Below, in pieces: positions 39,012 through 48,049 of a stretch of DNA of 64,000 nucleotides. Position 1 is the stretch's first letter. Each line of letters opens with the position of its first letter. The notes under the pieces are model-generated. The model was not told where the DNA came from, did no database searches, and was given only the letters and a program-made list of their open reading frames with translations. Source of the DNA: an uncultured Rhodanobacteraceae bacterium (lineage in GTDB: Bacteria; Pseudomonadota; Gammaproteobacteria; Xanthomonadales; Rhodanobacteraceae). A program made the translations under genes and the position numbers. Location: assembly GCA_966248875.1 (NCBI GenBank), contig CBINBI010000011.1, forward strand, positions 1,287-65,286, written 5' to 3'.

Positions 39012-39076
39012 GATGATCGCATCACGCTAGCCGCGCCGCTGCACGCCGTCCGACGAAACGATCACAATACGATCGT

Positions 39077-40195
39077 ATGAGCCGAGCGGACACGTCGAAG
39101 GCACGCGACCCGGCGGTGAGCGCCGCCGCGCCGTGCGCAGCCGGCGTGCTCGCCTACTGCCGGCCCGGTTTCGAAAGCGAATGCGCGCAGGAGCTTGCCG
39201 CGCACGCGGCGGCTCGCGACGTCCCGGGATTCGTGCGTGCGGCCCGCGGGGACGGATTTGTGGAGTTCCGCAACTCGGGAAAGGCGTCGGGCCAGCAAGA
39301 CATCGCCTCGAGGCGCGAGCTGATCTTCGCGCGACAGCTCCTCTGCATCTTCGGTCACGCCGAGGCGATGCGGCGCGAGGATCGGCTCGCGGCGTTGCTG
39401 CCGATCATCGAGAAAACCGGCCTCTGCTGGTACGACGCCTGGGTGGAAGCGCCGGACAGCGATGCCGGCCGCGCGCTCGCTCCGCTCTGCCGCGCGCTCA
39501 ACGCGGCGCTCGTCGCCGCACTGAAGAAGAAGCGCCTGCTCGACGCGGGATCGTCCCTGCGCCTGCACGTCTGCATGACTGCAACGAATGCCGCGATCGT
39601 CGCTTGTGCGGACGTCGCCGACGGTGCGCCATGGCCGGGCGGCATTCCGCGACTCCGGTTTCCGCGCGGCGCGCCGAGTCGCTCGACGTTGAAGCTCGAG
39701 GAAGCGTTCCTCGTGCTGCTCGACGAGAACGAGCGCGAACGATGGCTCGCGCCCGGCATGAGCGCGGTCGATCTCGGCGCCGCACCGGGTGGCTGGACCT
39801 GGCAGCTCGCACGCCGCTCGATCCGGACGATCGCCGTCGACAACGGCGCGATCGACACGGCACTCCTGGCGTCGGGCCTGGTCGAGCATCTCCGTGCCGA
39901 CGGCTTCCGCTATCAGCCGCCGCGCACGGTCGACTGGCTGGTCTGCGACATGGTCGAGCAGCCGCGCCGCATCGCGTCTCTCGTCGCGCGCTGGATCGCC
40001 GAAGGCTGGTGCCGGCGCGCGATGTTCAATCTCAAGCTGCCGATGAAGAAGCGCTACGACGAAGTGCGCCTCTGCCTTTCGCTGCTGCGCGAGGAAGCCG
40101 GCGCCGACCTGGATCTGCGCGCGAAGCAGCTCTATCACGACCGCGAGGAAATCACGGTGTTCGCGCGCAAGCGCACGGGCTCGCGACGAAGCTGA
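39077..40195 (+). CDS. rlmM: 23S rRNA (cytidine2498-2'-O)-methyltransferase
   Basis: LAYCRPGFESECAQEL (THUMP-like N-terminus), SRSTLKLEEA, SAM motif AVDLGAAPGGWTWQL, WLVCDMVEQP. Confidence 0.88.
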   Translation: MSRADTSKARDPAVSAAAPCAAGVLAYCRPGFESECAQELAAHAAARDVPGFVRAARGDGFVEFRNSGKASGQQDIASRRELIFARQLLCIFGHAEAMRREDRLAALLPIIEKTGLCWYDAWVEAPDSDAGRALAPLCRALNAALVAALKKKRLLDAGSSLRLHVCMTATNAAIVACADVADGAPWPGGIPRLRFPRGAPSRSTLKLEEAFLVLLDENERERWLAPGMSAVDLGAAPGGWTWQLARRSIRTIAVDNGAIDTALLASGLVEHLRADGFRYQPPRTVDWLVCDMVEQPRRIASLVARWIAEGWCRRAMFNLKLPMKKRYDEVRLCLSLLREEAGADLDLRAKQLYHDREEITVFARKRTGSRRS

Positions 40196-40479
40196 ACAGG
40201 CGCAACGCGATGGCGTCACCCGCGCGTGTGCGCGGCATGCGGCGATGACGCATCGGCGGGGCGCGCAAAAACGCGCCGGCTTCGTTCGCACAGGCGCAGC
40301 ACCGAGCGTGCGGCAACGTTCCGCCGCGGCCGCTGCTGACGGCGGCCGCGCTCTGCCGGTATTCTGTCGGAGCCGGAATCGGGAACAGCGCAAAACGGGA
40401 GCGGAGTCCCGAGCATCGGCGTCAGAGCCCGGTGCATCACCGGTTCCCACTCTCTCCATTCCGGTTTTCCTGCCCCGAA

Positions 40480-41205
40480 ATGAAACGCCTGCGCGCTTTC
40501 CTGCCGCTCATCGTCCTGGTCGCGATCGGTGCCGGGCTCGTCCTTTCGGGTGCTCTCGATCGCTTCCAGCCTTCGCAGCTGGGCGCCGAGCAAGCGCGCC
40601 TGCGCGCGCTGGTCGCCGAATATCCGCTGCTCGCCGCGCTCGCGCAGATCGCCGTCATGACGCTGGCCGTCGCGACCGGCATTCCGGGCGCGATCGTGCT
40701 GATCTTCGCGGGCGGCATGCTGTTCGGCGTGATCGGCGGCACCGTGCTGTCCGGCGTCGGCACGACGCTGGGCGCGACGATCCTGTTTCTCGCCAGTCGC
40801 TCCGCGTTCGCGCACGGAAGCGGCGGCACGCCGCTTCTGGCCGAGAAGCTCCGCGCGGGCTATCACGCCTTTCCTTTCAGCTACACGATGTTCCTGCGCC
40901 TGGTGCCGTTCTTTCCGTTCGGCGGCGTCACGGTCGCGCTGGCCTGGCTGCGCTGTCCGCTATGGCTGTTCCTGACCGCGACCGCGGCGGGCGGCACGGT
41001 CATGATCGCGTTCGAGACGGCGCTCGGCGCGGGCCTCGCCGAAACGATCGCGCGCGAAGGAGCGGTGTCGCTTGACATCTTCGCGCACAAGCGCGTGCTG
41101 GTGCCGATGCTCGGCATGGCCGTGCTGGCGCTGGCGCCGATCGTGCTGGGACAGCTTCGGCGGCTCTCGAACGGCAGAGCCGCGAAGAAGCGCGTCGTCG
41201 ACTAG
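40480..41205 (+). CDS. TVP38/TMEM64 (DedA-related, SNARE-associated) membrane protein
   Basis: 241 aa with about 5 TM helices, ...GIPGAIVLIFAGGMLFG... and VPFFPFGGVTVALAW. Start at internal ATG 40480. Confidence 0.7.
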   Translation: MKRLRAFLPLIVLVAIGAGLVLSGALDRFQPSQLGAEQARLRALVAEYPLLAALAQIAVMTLAVATGIPGAIVLIFAGGMLFGVIGGTVLSGVGTTLGATILFLASRSAFAHGSGGTPLLAEKLRAGYHAFPFSYTMFLRLVPFFPFGGVTVALAWLRCPLWLFLTATAAGGTVMIAFETALGAGLAETIAREGAVSLDIFAHKRVLVPMLGMAVLALAPIVLGQLRRLSNGRAAKKRVVD

Positions 41206-41274
41206 CACACGCGCAACCCGCTCGTCTGAGCGGATCGAGGCACGCTCGGGCGGGGCGTCGCTGCCGCGAGCCGA

Positions 41275-43965
41275 TTGCGCGAGGCGACAACCCCTTACTC
41301 TTCCTGCCCTCGCCCGTTATCCTGCCCGCCGCTTTCATCTCCGCATGAGACCCGTTTGAGCCACCTGCCTGCGCCGACACCGGTTCGCAAATCGTTCTGG
41401 CGCGCGCTGCTGCTGACCGTGCTGGTGGCAGCGCTCAATGTCGCGCTGTGGGCGTTCCTCAACCGGCCGGTGCGCATCGCCGACTGGAGCGGCGAGATCG
41501 CCGGCCTCGCCTACAACGCCTCGCAGCGCTACCAGGATCCGACGCGCGGCATCTTCCCGAGCGAGGCCGACCTCGCCGGAGACATCCGCCTGCTCTCGCA
41601 ATACACGAAGCGGCTGCGCCTGTATCAGTCGTCGGAGACGCCGCAGGTGCCGCGGCTCGCACGCTTCTACGGCATGAAGGTGATGGGCGGCGCCTGGCTC
41701 GACAAGCGCATCCAGCACAACGAACGCGAGCTGGAGGCGCTGATCGCACTCTCGCGCAAGTACGACAACATCGACCGCGCCATCGTCGGCAACGAGACGG
41801 TGCTGCTCGGCAATCTCAGCGTGCAGCAATTGATCGGCTATCTCGACCGCGCCCGCGCGCAACTCAGGATACCGGTGTCCACCGCCGAGCCGCTCGACAC
41901 CTGGCAACGCCATCCCGAGCTGATCCGCCACGTCGATTTCGTCTGCGTGCACATCCTGCCGTACTGGGAGTTCGTCGCACGCAAGGACGCAATCGGCTGG
42001 GTGCTCGGCCAGTATCAGGCGGTGCGCAAGCTGGTCGACGACCAGGGCTTTCCCGACAAGCCCGTCGTGATCGGCGAAGTCGGCTGGCCGTCGAACGGCG
42101 ATCGACGCAAAAGCGCGCAGCCGTCGCTCGCCGACGAGGCGCATTTTGTGCGCGAGTGGCTGAACGTCGCCGCGCGCGAAAAGCTCGACTACTACATCAT
42201 GGAGGCGATCGACCAGCCCTGGAAGGCGGCCAACGAGGGCCTTGCCGGCGCGTACTGGGGCATCCTTGACGCGAACCGCCAGCCGAAGTTCGCCTTCACC
42301 GGGACCGTGATCGAGGATCCGGAATGGCCGTGGAAGGCGGCGATCGCCTCGCTGCTCGCGCTCGTGCCGATGTTCTGGTTTGCGCGTCACTTCATCCGCT
42401 TCCGCGCGCTGGGGATCGCGTTCTTCCTTGCGCTGATCCAGGTCTCCGCCTCGATCCTCGTCTGGATGGCGACGCTGCCCTACGACTTCTATCTCGATCC
42501 GCTCGACTGGGGCATGCTGCTGCTGCTTTTCCCGGCGCAGATCGCGATCATCCTGATCCTGCTGATCAACGGCTTCGAGTTCACCGAAGTGCTGTGGCGG
42601 CCGCGCTGGCTGCGCGAGTTCCGGCCGCTGCCGCCGGACCCGGCCGAGCGGCAGCCGTTCGTGTCGATCCATCTCGCCTGCTACAACGAGCCGCCCGAGA
42701 TGGTGATCCTGACGCTGGACTCGCTGGCGGCGCTCGACTACCGGAATTTCGAAGTCCTCGTCATCGACAACAACACGAAGAAGGAAGAGGTGTGGAAGCC
42801 GGTCGAGGCGCACTGCGCGAAACTCGGGCCGAGGTTCCGCTTCTTCCATCTCGACCCGTGGCCCGGCTTCAAGGCCGGCGCTCTCAATTTCGGCCTCAAG
42901 GAAACCGATCCGCGCGCCGAGATCGTCGCCGTGATCGATGCCGACTATGAAGTGCGCAGCGACTGGCTCGCCGCGCTCACCGGCTATTTCCACGATGCGA
43001 AAGTGGCCGTCGTGCAGTGCCCGCAGGCACACCGCGACTACGAGCACAACGCATTCCGGCGCATGACGAACTGGGAGTACGACGGGTTCTTCCGCATCGG
43101 CATGCACCATCGCAACGAGCGCAATGCGATCATCCAGCACGGCACCATGACGATGGTGCGGCGAAGCGCGCTCGCCGACACCGGCGGATGGTCGGAGTGG
43201 ACGATCTGCGAGGACGCGGAGCTCGGCCTGCGCCTGATGCGCGAGGGCTATGACCTCGTCTACGTCGACGAGGTCATGGGACGCGGGCTCACACCGGCGG
43301 ACTTCACCGCGTACAAGTCGCAGCGCTACCGCTGGGCGTTCGGCGCCATGCAGATCCTGAAGGCGCGCTGGAACTGGATGACCTCGAAGACCTCCACGCT
43401 GACGCGCGGCCAGCGCTTCCATTTCCTGACCGGCTGGTTCTCGTGGTTCGGCGACGCACTGCACCTCGTGTTCACGCTGATGGCGATGCTGTGGACGCTC
43501 GGCATGGTGCTCGCGCCGAAGTACTTCACGCTGCCGATGTATCTCTTCCTGGTGCCGCTGATCGGATTCTTCATCTCGAAAGCCGCGTTCGGCATCATCC
43601 TCTACCGCAAGTGCGTGCCGTGCTCCTGGCGCGACACGATCGCAGCATCGATCGCGAGCATGGGCCTCTCGCACGCGATCGCGCGCGGCATCTTCCTCGG
43701 CCTGTGGAAGAAGAAAGGCGAGTTCGTGCGCACCGCGAAAAGCCGGCGCATCGGCAAGAAGCCGAGCGCCTTCATCTCGGTGACCGAGGAGCTGCTCCTC
43801 TTCCTCGCGCTGATGGCCGGCATCGTCGGCATGATCAACTCGATCGGCATCAACTACGTAGAAGGCAAGCTCTGGATCGCGATCCTCGCCGCGCAGGCGG
43901 TTCCCTATGCGTCGGCGCTGATCGGAGCGTGGGTCGCGCACCGCTCGGGCGATGCCGTGGGTTGA
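41275..43965 (+). CDS. Bifunctional GH17-like glucanosyl hydrolase/transferase fused to a GT2 processive glycosyltransferase (NdvB(PA1163)-like beta-1,3-glucan synthase)
   Basis: GH17 motifs AIVGNETVLLGN and VVIGEVGWPSNG. GT2 motifs VSIHLACYNEP, VIDNNT, VIDADY, QCPQ and KSQRYRWAFG (QxxRW). TM helices between and after the domains. No in-frame ATG; candidate TTG starts at 41275 and 41356. Confidence 0.82.
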   Translation: MREATTPYSSCPRPLSCPPLSSPHETRLSHLPAPTPVRKSFWRALLLTVLVAALNVALWAFLNRPVRIADWSGEIAGLAYNASQRYQDPTRGIFPSEADLAGDIRLLSQYTKRLRLYQSSETPQVPRLARFYGMKVMGGAWLDKRIQHNERELEALIALSRKYDNIDRAIVGNETVLLGNLSVQQLIGYLDRARAQLRIPVSTAEPLDTWQRHPELIRHVDFVCVHILPYWEFVARKDAIGWVLGQYQAVRKLVDDQGFPDKPVVIGEVGWPSNGDRRKSAQPSLADEAHFVREWLNVAAREKLDYYIMEAIDQPWKAANEGLAGAYWGILDANRQPKFAFTGTVIEDPEWPWKAAIASLLALVPMFWFARHFIRFRALGIAFFLALIQVSASILVWMATLPYDFYLDPLDWGMLLLLFPAQIAIILILLINGFEFTEVLWRPRWLREFRPLPPDPAERQPFVSIHLACYNEPPEMVILTLDSLAALDYRNFEVLVIDNNTKKEEVWKPVEAHCAKLGPRFRFFHLDPWPGFKAGALNFGLKETDPRAEIVAVIDADYEVRSDWLAALTGYFHDAKVAVVQCPQAHRDYEHNAFRRMTNWEYDGFFRIGMHHRNERNAIIQHGTMTMVRRSALADTGGWSEWTICEDAELGLRLMREGYDLVYVDEVMGRGLTPADFTAYKSQRYRWAFGAMQILKARWNWMTSKTSTLTRGQRFHFLTGWFSWFGDALHLVFTLMAMLWTLGMVLAPKYFTLPMYLFLVPLIGFFISKAAFGIILYRKCVPCSWRDTIAASIASMGLSHAIARGIFLGLWKKKGEFVRTAKSRRIGKKPSAFISVTEELLLFLALMAGIVGMINSIGINYVEGKLWIAILAAQAVPYASALIGAWVAHRSGDAVG

Positions 43966-44108
43966 GCCGCGGCACGCACCGCAGGATCGCATGGCCGCAT
44001 GCGATAGATTGAAGACGAGCATCGGCGACCGTGGGCGGTCTGCTGCGGAATCGGGGACAATGGGCCGCGCGCACCGGCGCGCATCGTCCGCCGACACGGA
44101 GCGCCGTC

Positions 44109-44480
44109 ATGCCGAAACCGATTTCACCGGCCAAGATCGCCGCCGCGCTCGACGAGCTCTGGTCGCCGCGCGTCATCGCCGAGGTGGACGACAGCTACAT
44201 CAAGGTCGCGAAGGTCCAGGGCTCGTTCGGCTGGCACGCGCACGCCCACGAGGACGAGCTGTTCCTGATCCTGAAGGGCCGCCTGCGCATCGAGCTGGAG
44301 CAGGGCGCGGTCGAGCTCGGCGCCGGCGAGATCTTCGTCGTGCCGAAGGGCACACGCCACAATCCGGTGGCCGAGGAGGAATGCCACCTGATGCTGATCG
44401 AGCGCAAATCGACGCTGCACACGGGCAACGTCGTCACCGAACGAACGCGTTCGATCGCCGATCAGCTCCGCCCGGTCTGA
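44109..44480 (+). CDS. Cupin-domain protein
   Basis: GWHAHAHEDELFLILKGRLRIEL...GEIFVVPKGTRHNP (cupin motifs 1 and 2). 123 aa from ATG 44109. Confidence 0.75.
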   Translation: MPKPISPAKIAAALDELWSPRVIAEVDDSYIKVAKVQGSFGWHAHAHEDELFLILKGRLRIELEQGAVELGAGEIFVVPKGTRHNPVAEEECHLMLIERKSTLHTGNVVTERTRSIADQLRPV

Positions 44481-44515
44481 TGCAGCGGCGGGATCACACC
44501 CGCCGACGCAGACGT

Positions 44516-45757
44516 TCAGGGCCGCTTGAACGACTCGCGCAAGCGCTTCAGCAGGCTCGGCTTCGTCGGTTCCGGCGCTTCGCCGCCGCGCGGCGCGCGC
44601 GGCTGCCATTCGATCAGGCCGATCGCGTCGAAGGCATTGACGACGTCGAACACGTCCGCCATCGGCGCTTCGCTCGCGGCCGCGATCTCGTGCAGGCGCA
44701 TCGGCTGCAGCATCGCCGAGGCGATGCGGAAGCAGGAATGGAAATCGCGCTCGATCTCGATCCAGCGCGAAAGCCGGTACGTGCCGCCCGGGTCGAGATG
44801 CCGCGCGAGCTGGCCTTCCGAATGCACCAGCACGTAGAGCCAGAGCAGCCTGAGATACGGCTGCGGCGGCTGGGTCGCGCGAAGCTCTGAAAGCTCGCCC
44901 GTCGTCAGCGGCTGCCAGTCGGAAGGCGGCAGCGCCACGCGGCAATACGGTTCGAGCTCGGCGAGCCGCCCGCGCGAATGGAACATTCGGGGCTTGGGGT
45001 CGAGGACGAGCGGCGGCGCATCCGGCAGCTCGAAGCGCGCGGGCCCGCCGAGCACGTCGCTGTCGAGATAGGCGCGCAGGCTGTGTCGGGGCACGTCCGG
45101 AACGCGGCCACGCAGCGCCGGCTGCTCCGCTTCGGTCCGCCGCATGAACAAGTCCGGCGCGTCCTTGCCGCGCGCTTCGCTGCGCGCCGTGCGCACCGGC
45201 ACACCGAGCACGGTCGTGTTTTCGTCCAGCGAAGCCTGGACGCGTGCGGATTCGCGCGTCTCGACTGGATCGATGTGCAGCAGTTCGTCGAGCCCCGGTG
45301 CGGTCTCGCCCGACGGCTGCCGCGGCGGCGGCATCGGCATCAGATCGGCGTCCGCCTCCGGCGCGTCGCCTTCGCCGACGTCGCGGACGTAGAAGTCATG
45401 GCGGTGCGGCACGATCCCTTCCGCTTGCAGCGTCGGGGTCGCGGCCCGATTCAGCACCGCGACGACGTTGGCGAGCTTGAGCGGGCGCTGCAGCACGAGC
45501 TCGCTGCCCGCGGGCGGATCAGTGCTGAACACGGCGCAGCGCAAGCCGGTCGCCGTCGCGCGCGTGCGCGCCATCTGTCCGGCGAACGAGGACGGATCGA
45601 CGACGACGAGGTCGGCCCCGGCTTCGCTGCCCCAGCGCCAGGTGTGCGTCAGCTCGCCGGCGGCCTTGCGCATCAGGAGGCGCAGGTGCGCCGTTTCCTC
45701 GTCGGAGACGCCGACCACCGCGATGCGTTTCCCGCCGATTCCGGTGCGTGCGCTCAC
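44516..45757 (-). CDS. Hypothetical protein (413 aa) with a receiver-like N-terminal region; family not recognised
   Basis: GTG start. KRIAVVGVSDEE...DLVVVDPSS...CAVFST...LQRPLK has the beta-alpha periodicity and acidic positions of a REC fold. Then a Pro/Asp-rich linker and a C-terminal ~150-aa globular region (YLRLLWLYVLVHSEGQLARHL...). Coding-like composition. Confidence 0.6.
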   Translation of the reverse strand: MSARTGIGGKRIAVVGVSDEETAHLRLLMRKAAGELTHTWRWGSEAGADLVVVDPSSFAGQMARTRATATGLRCAVFSTDPPAGSELVLQRPLKLANVVAVLNRAATPTLQAEGIVPHRHDFYVRDVGEGDAPEADADLMPMPPPRQPSGETAPGLDELLHIDPVETRESARVQASLDENTTVLGVPVRTARSEARGKDAPDLFMRRTEAEQPALRGRVPDVPRHSLRAYLDSDVLGGPARFELPDAPPLVLDPKPRMFHSRGRLAELEPYCRVALPPSDWQPLTTGELSELRATQPPQPYLRLLWLYVLVHSEGQLARHLDPGGTYRLSRWIEIERDFHSCFRIASAMLQPMRLHEIAAASEAPMADVFDVVNAFDAIGLIEWQPRAPRGGEAPEPTKPSLLKRLRESFKRP

Positions 45758-45933
45758 GTCGCCGGCCCCCCAAGAGCCCGTGTGCTGTCGATCCTAGCGC
45801 GGTCGCGCGCCAACTCGGCGCGAAATCCGCCGCTCGGTGCCGATTTTTCCACGATGCGGCGCGCCGAACCGGGACATCCGTACCGGTCCCGCAAGCGCGG
45901 GGCCACGGATGAGGCCGCCGCTCGCGGCGCGAT

Positions 45934-46413
45934 CTACCGCGGCCGGCTGCGCTTCGGCTTCAGCATCGTGCCGGTACAGCGCGGTGCGCCGCAGCGGCAG
46001 GCCCAGATCTGCTTCAGCCGCGGCGTGATGCGCTCGCCGACGTCGATGCCATAGTCGTAGGTCAGCTCCTCGCCGGCGCGCAGAGGGCGGATCGTCTCGA
46101 TCAGCACACGGTCCTTGCGCGGGTCTCCGCTTCCGCTTTCCTCGATCACGGCCTGGCAGTTCGGCCTGCAGCTGTGATTGATCCAGCGCGCGATGTTGCC
46201 GCCGACGTTCGCGTCGATGACGTAGCGGTCGTTGAGAGTGAACAAAAACGTGTGGCCGTTGTCCGGCTGGTTCGCGTACTTTCGATCGATCTGCGCGTGG
46301 GTCATGCGGCGGCCGCGGTACTCGACCACCTCCGTGCCTTTGGGAATGTCGACCAGCGCGAATACGCCGCTGCCATGGATCGGCGAGCGGCGCCGGATGA
46401 TGCGTCTTGGCAT
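45934..46413 (-). CDS. SET-domain protein-lysine methyltransferase-like protein with a post-SET Cys cluster
   Basis: 159 aa from ATG 46413. SPIHGSGVFALVDIPKGTEVVEY, ARWINHSCRPNC, GEELTYDY and post-SET CRCGAPRCTG. Confidence 0.85.
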   Translation of the reverse strand: MPRRIIRRRSPIHGSGVFALVDIPKGTEVVEYRGRRMTHAQIDRKYANQPDNGHTFLFTLNDRYVIDANVGGNIARWINHSCRPNCQAVIEESGSGDPRKDRVLIETIRPLRAGEELTYDYGIDVGERITPRLKQIWACRCGAPRCTGTMLKPKRSRPR

Positions 46414-46551
46414 GACTGGAAGGGAATCACTGTGGAATTGCGGCCGGCGATGATAGCGCGTCGCGCAGCGCGGCGGACATGCGACGTGCGGACCGTTGAG
46501 CCCGGCGCCGACTGCGGGTAGCGTCCGCCCACCGTCCATCCGGAACGAAAC

Positions 46552-47241
46552 ATGCGCGCGTCCCGCCTGATCCCGCTGCTCGCCGTCGCCGTGCTCGCCT
46601 GCGCGGGCACGCTCGCCGGTGCGCGCAACGCCTCGCGCTCGCACCATGCCCGGCATCCGCCGGCGGCGATGGGCACGCGCGGCGAGTTCGACTACTACAT
46701 CATGGCGCTGTCCTGGTCGCCTACGTACTGCCAGACTCATCCGGATGAGGAGGACCAGTGCGGCCACAAGGGTTACGGCTTCGTGCTGCACGGCCTCTGG
46801 CCGCAGTACGAGCGCGGAGGCGGCCCCGAGCGCTGCTCGACCCGGGAGGAGCCCGACCGCAAGACCGTCTCGAACGCACTCGCCTTCATGCCGAGCCGCC
46901 GCCTGATCAACCACGAATGGCGCGCGCACGGCGCGTGCACCGGACTCGAGCCGGACCAGTACTTCGCCCTCGCCGACCGCGCCTTCGCCGCAGTGCGCGT
47001 ACCGCCCGAGCTCGCGGCGCCGGTCAACCCGTTGCGCACGACGTCCGACGCGCTGCGCCGCGCGTTCCGGCGCGCCAACGCGAACCTGTCGGACGACATG
47101 TTCAGCCTGCACTGCAGCCGCGGCGCGCTGGCCGAGGTTCGTGTCTGCCTCGACAAGACCCTCGCACCGCGCGCGTGCGGCGCGCGCACGGCATCGCGCT
47201 GCCCGGCCAAGGCGGAGTTCAGCATTCCGGCGTGGAGGTAG
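46552..47241 (+). CDS. Ribonuclease T2 family (RNase I-like), secreted
   Basis: Signal MRASRLIPLLAVAVLACAGTLAGA. CAS I FVLHGLWPQ, CAS II EWRAHGACTG, plus FDYYIMALSWSPTYC. Confidence 0.88.
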   Translation: MRASRLIPLLAVAVLACAGTLAGARNASRSHHARHPPAAMGTRGEFDYYIMALSWSPTYCQTHPDEEDQCGHKGYGFVLHGLWPQYERGGGPERCSTREEPDRKTVSNALAFMPSRRLINHEWRAHGACTGLEPDQYFALADRAFAAVRVPPELAAPVNPLRTTSDALRRAFRRANANLSDDMFSLHCSRGALAEVRVCLDKTLAPRACGARTASRCPAKAEFSIPAWR

Positions 47242-47397
47242 AACGACGCCCAGCGAACGGATGCGACGGCTGTGTCCGCTCGGTCCTCACGTCCGTGATT
47301 GCCGGCTGAACCGGCAGTGCGGCGGCAGGTCCGCGTTCGAACGGCGGGCGGCACAATCGCCGTGACGCACGATCGCGTCCGACTGCGAGGATCCACG

Positions 47398-47955
47398 ATG
47401 CGCACACTCTCCCTCGTGCTCTGCGCGTCCGCCATCGCGGGCATCGCCGGCGATGCGCATGCCGACGGTTTCACGTTGGAAAGCGCGAGCTTCGGCTCCA
47501 ATGCGACGCTTGCGACGAAGTACGTCTACAACCAGGGCGACTGCAAGGGCGGCAACGTGAGCCCGGAGCTGCACTGGATCGACGCGCCGGAAGGCACGCA
47601 AAGCTTCGCAGTGACGCTGTACGACCCCGATGCCCGCGGCGGCAGCGGCTGGTGGCACTGGCTCGTGTTCGACATCGATGCGAAGACGACCTCGCTGGAG
47701 CCCGGCGCCGGCAGCGGCATGGGCAGCACGACGCCACCCGGCAGCATCAGCGGCACCAACAGCTTCGGCGATCTCGGCTACAGCGGACCCTGTCCGCCTC
47801 GCGGCGACGAGCCGCACCGCTACGTGTTCACGGTGTACGCGCTTCGCACCGAAAAGCTCGGCCTTCCCCAAGGCGCCGATCCCGACACGATCAAGCAGGC
47901 GCTGGAGGCGAACACGCTGCTGAGCGCCTCGCTGCAAGCCCGGTACGGGCGCTGA
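47398..47955 (+). CDS. YbhB/YbcL-family PEBP (Raf kinase inhibitor-like) periplasmic protein
   Basis: Signal MRTLSLVLCASAIAGIAGDAHA. SPELHWIDAPEGTQSFAVTLYDPDA, WWHWLVFDI, GYSGPCPPRGDEPHRYVFTVYAL. Confidence 0.88.
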   Translation: MRTLSLVLCASAIAGIAGDAHADGFTLESASFGSNATLATKYVYNQGDCKGGNVSPELHWIDAPEGTQSFAVTLYDPDARGGSGWWHWLVFDIDAKTTSLEPGAGSGMGSTTPPGSISGTNSFGDLGYSGPCPPRGDEPHRYVFTVYALRTEKLGLPQGADPDTIKQALEANTLLSASLQARYGR

Positions 47956-48049
47956 GCGAGCTGCTCGGCGGCACGCGCGTCGAAGCGGCTGACGCGTGCG
48001 GCTCGTGCCGCAGGTATGCTTGCGCCCTGTCCCAGGCTCCGCGCATTCG

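Noticed and set aside
40196-40479. 284-nt leader upstream of the TVP38 gene, examined as a possible riboswitch
   Set aside because: I could not match it to any riboswitch core I know (cobalamin GCCACTG box, fluoride, Mn yybP-ykoY, SAM-II and others). It needs an Rfam scan before any claim.
41335-44097. 920-aa minus-strand ORF opposite the GH17-GT2 synthase
   Set aside because: Shadow ORF. The plus strand carries GNE/EVGWPS/QxxRW motifs, whereas the antisense product is Arg/His/Glu-rich with no motifs.
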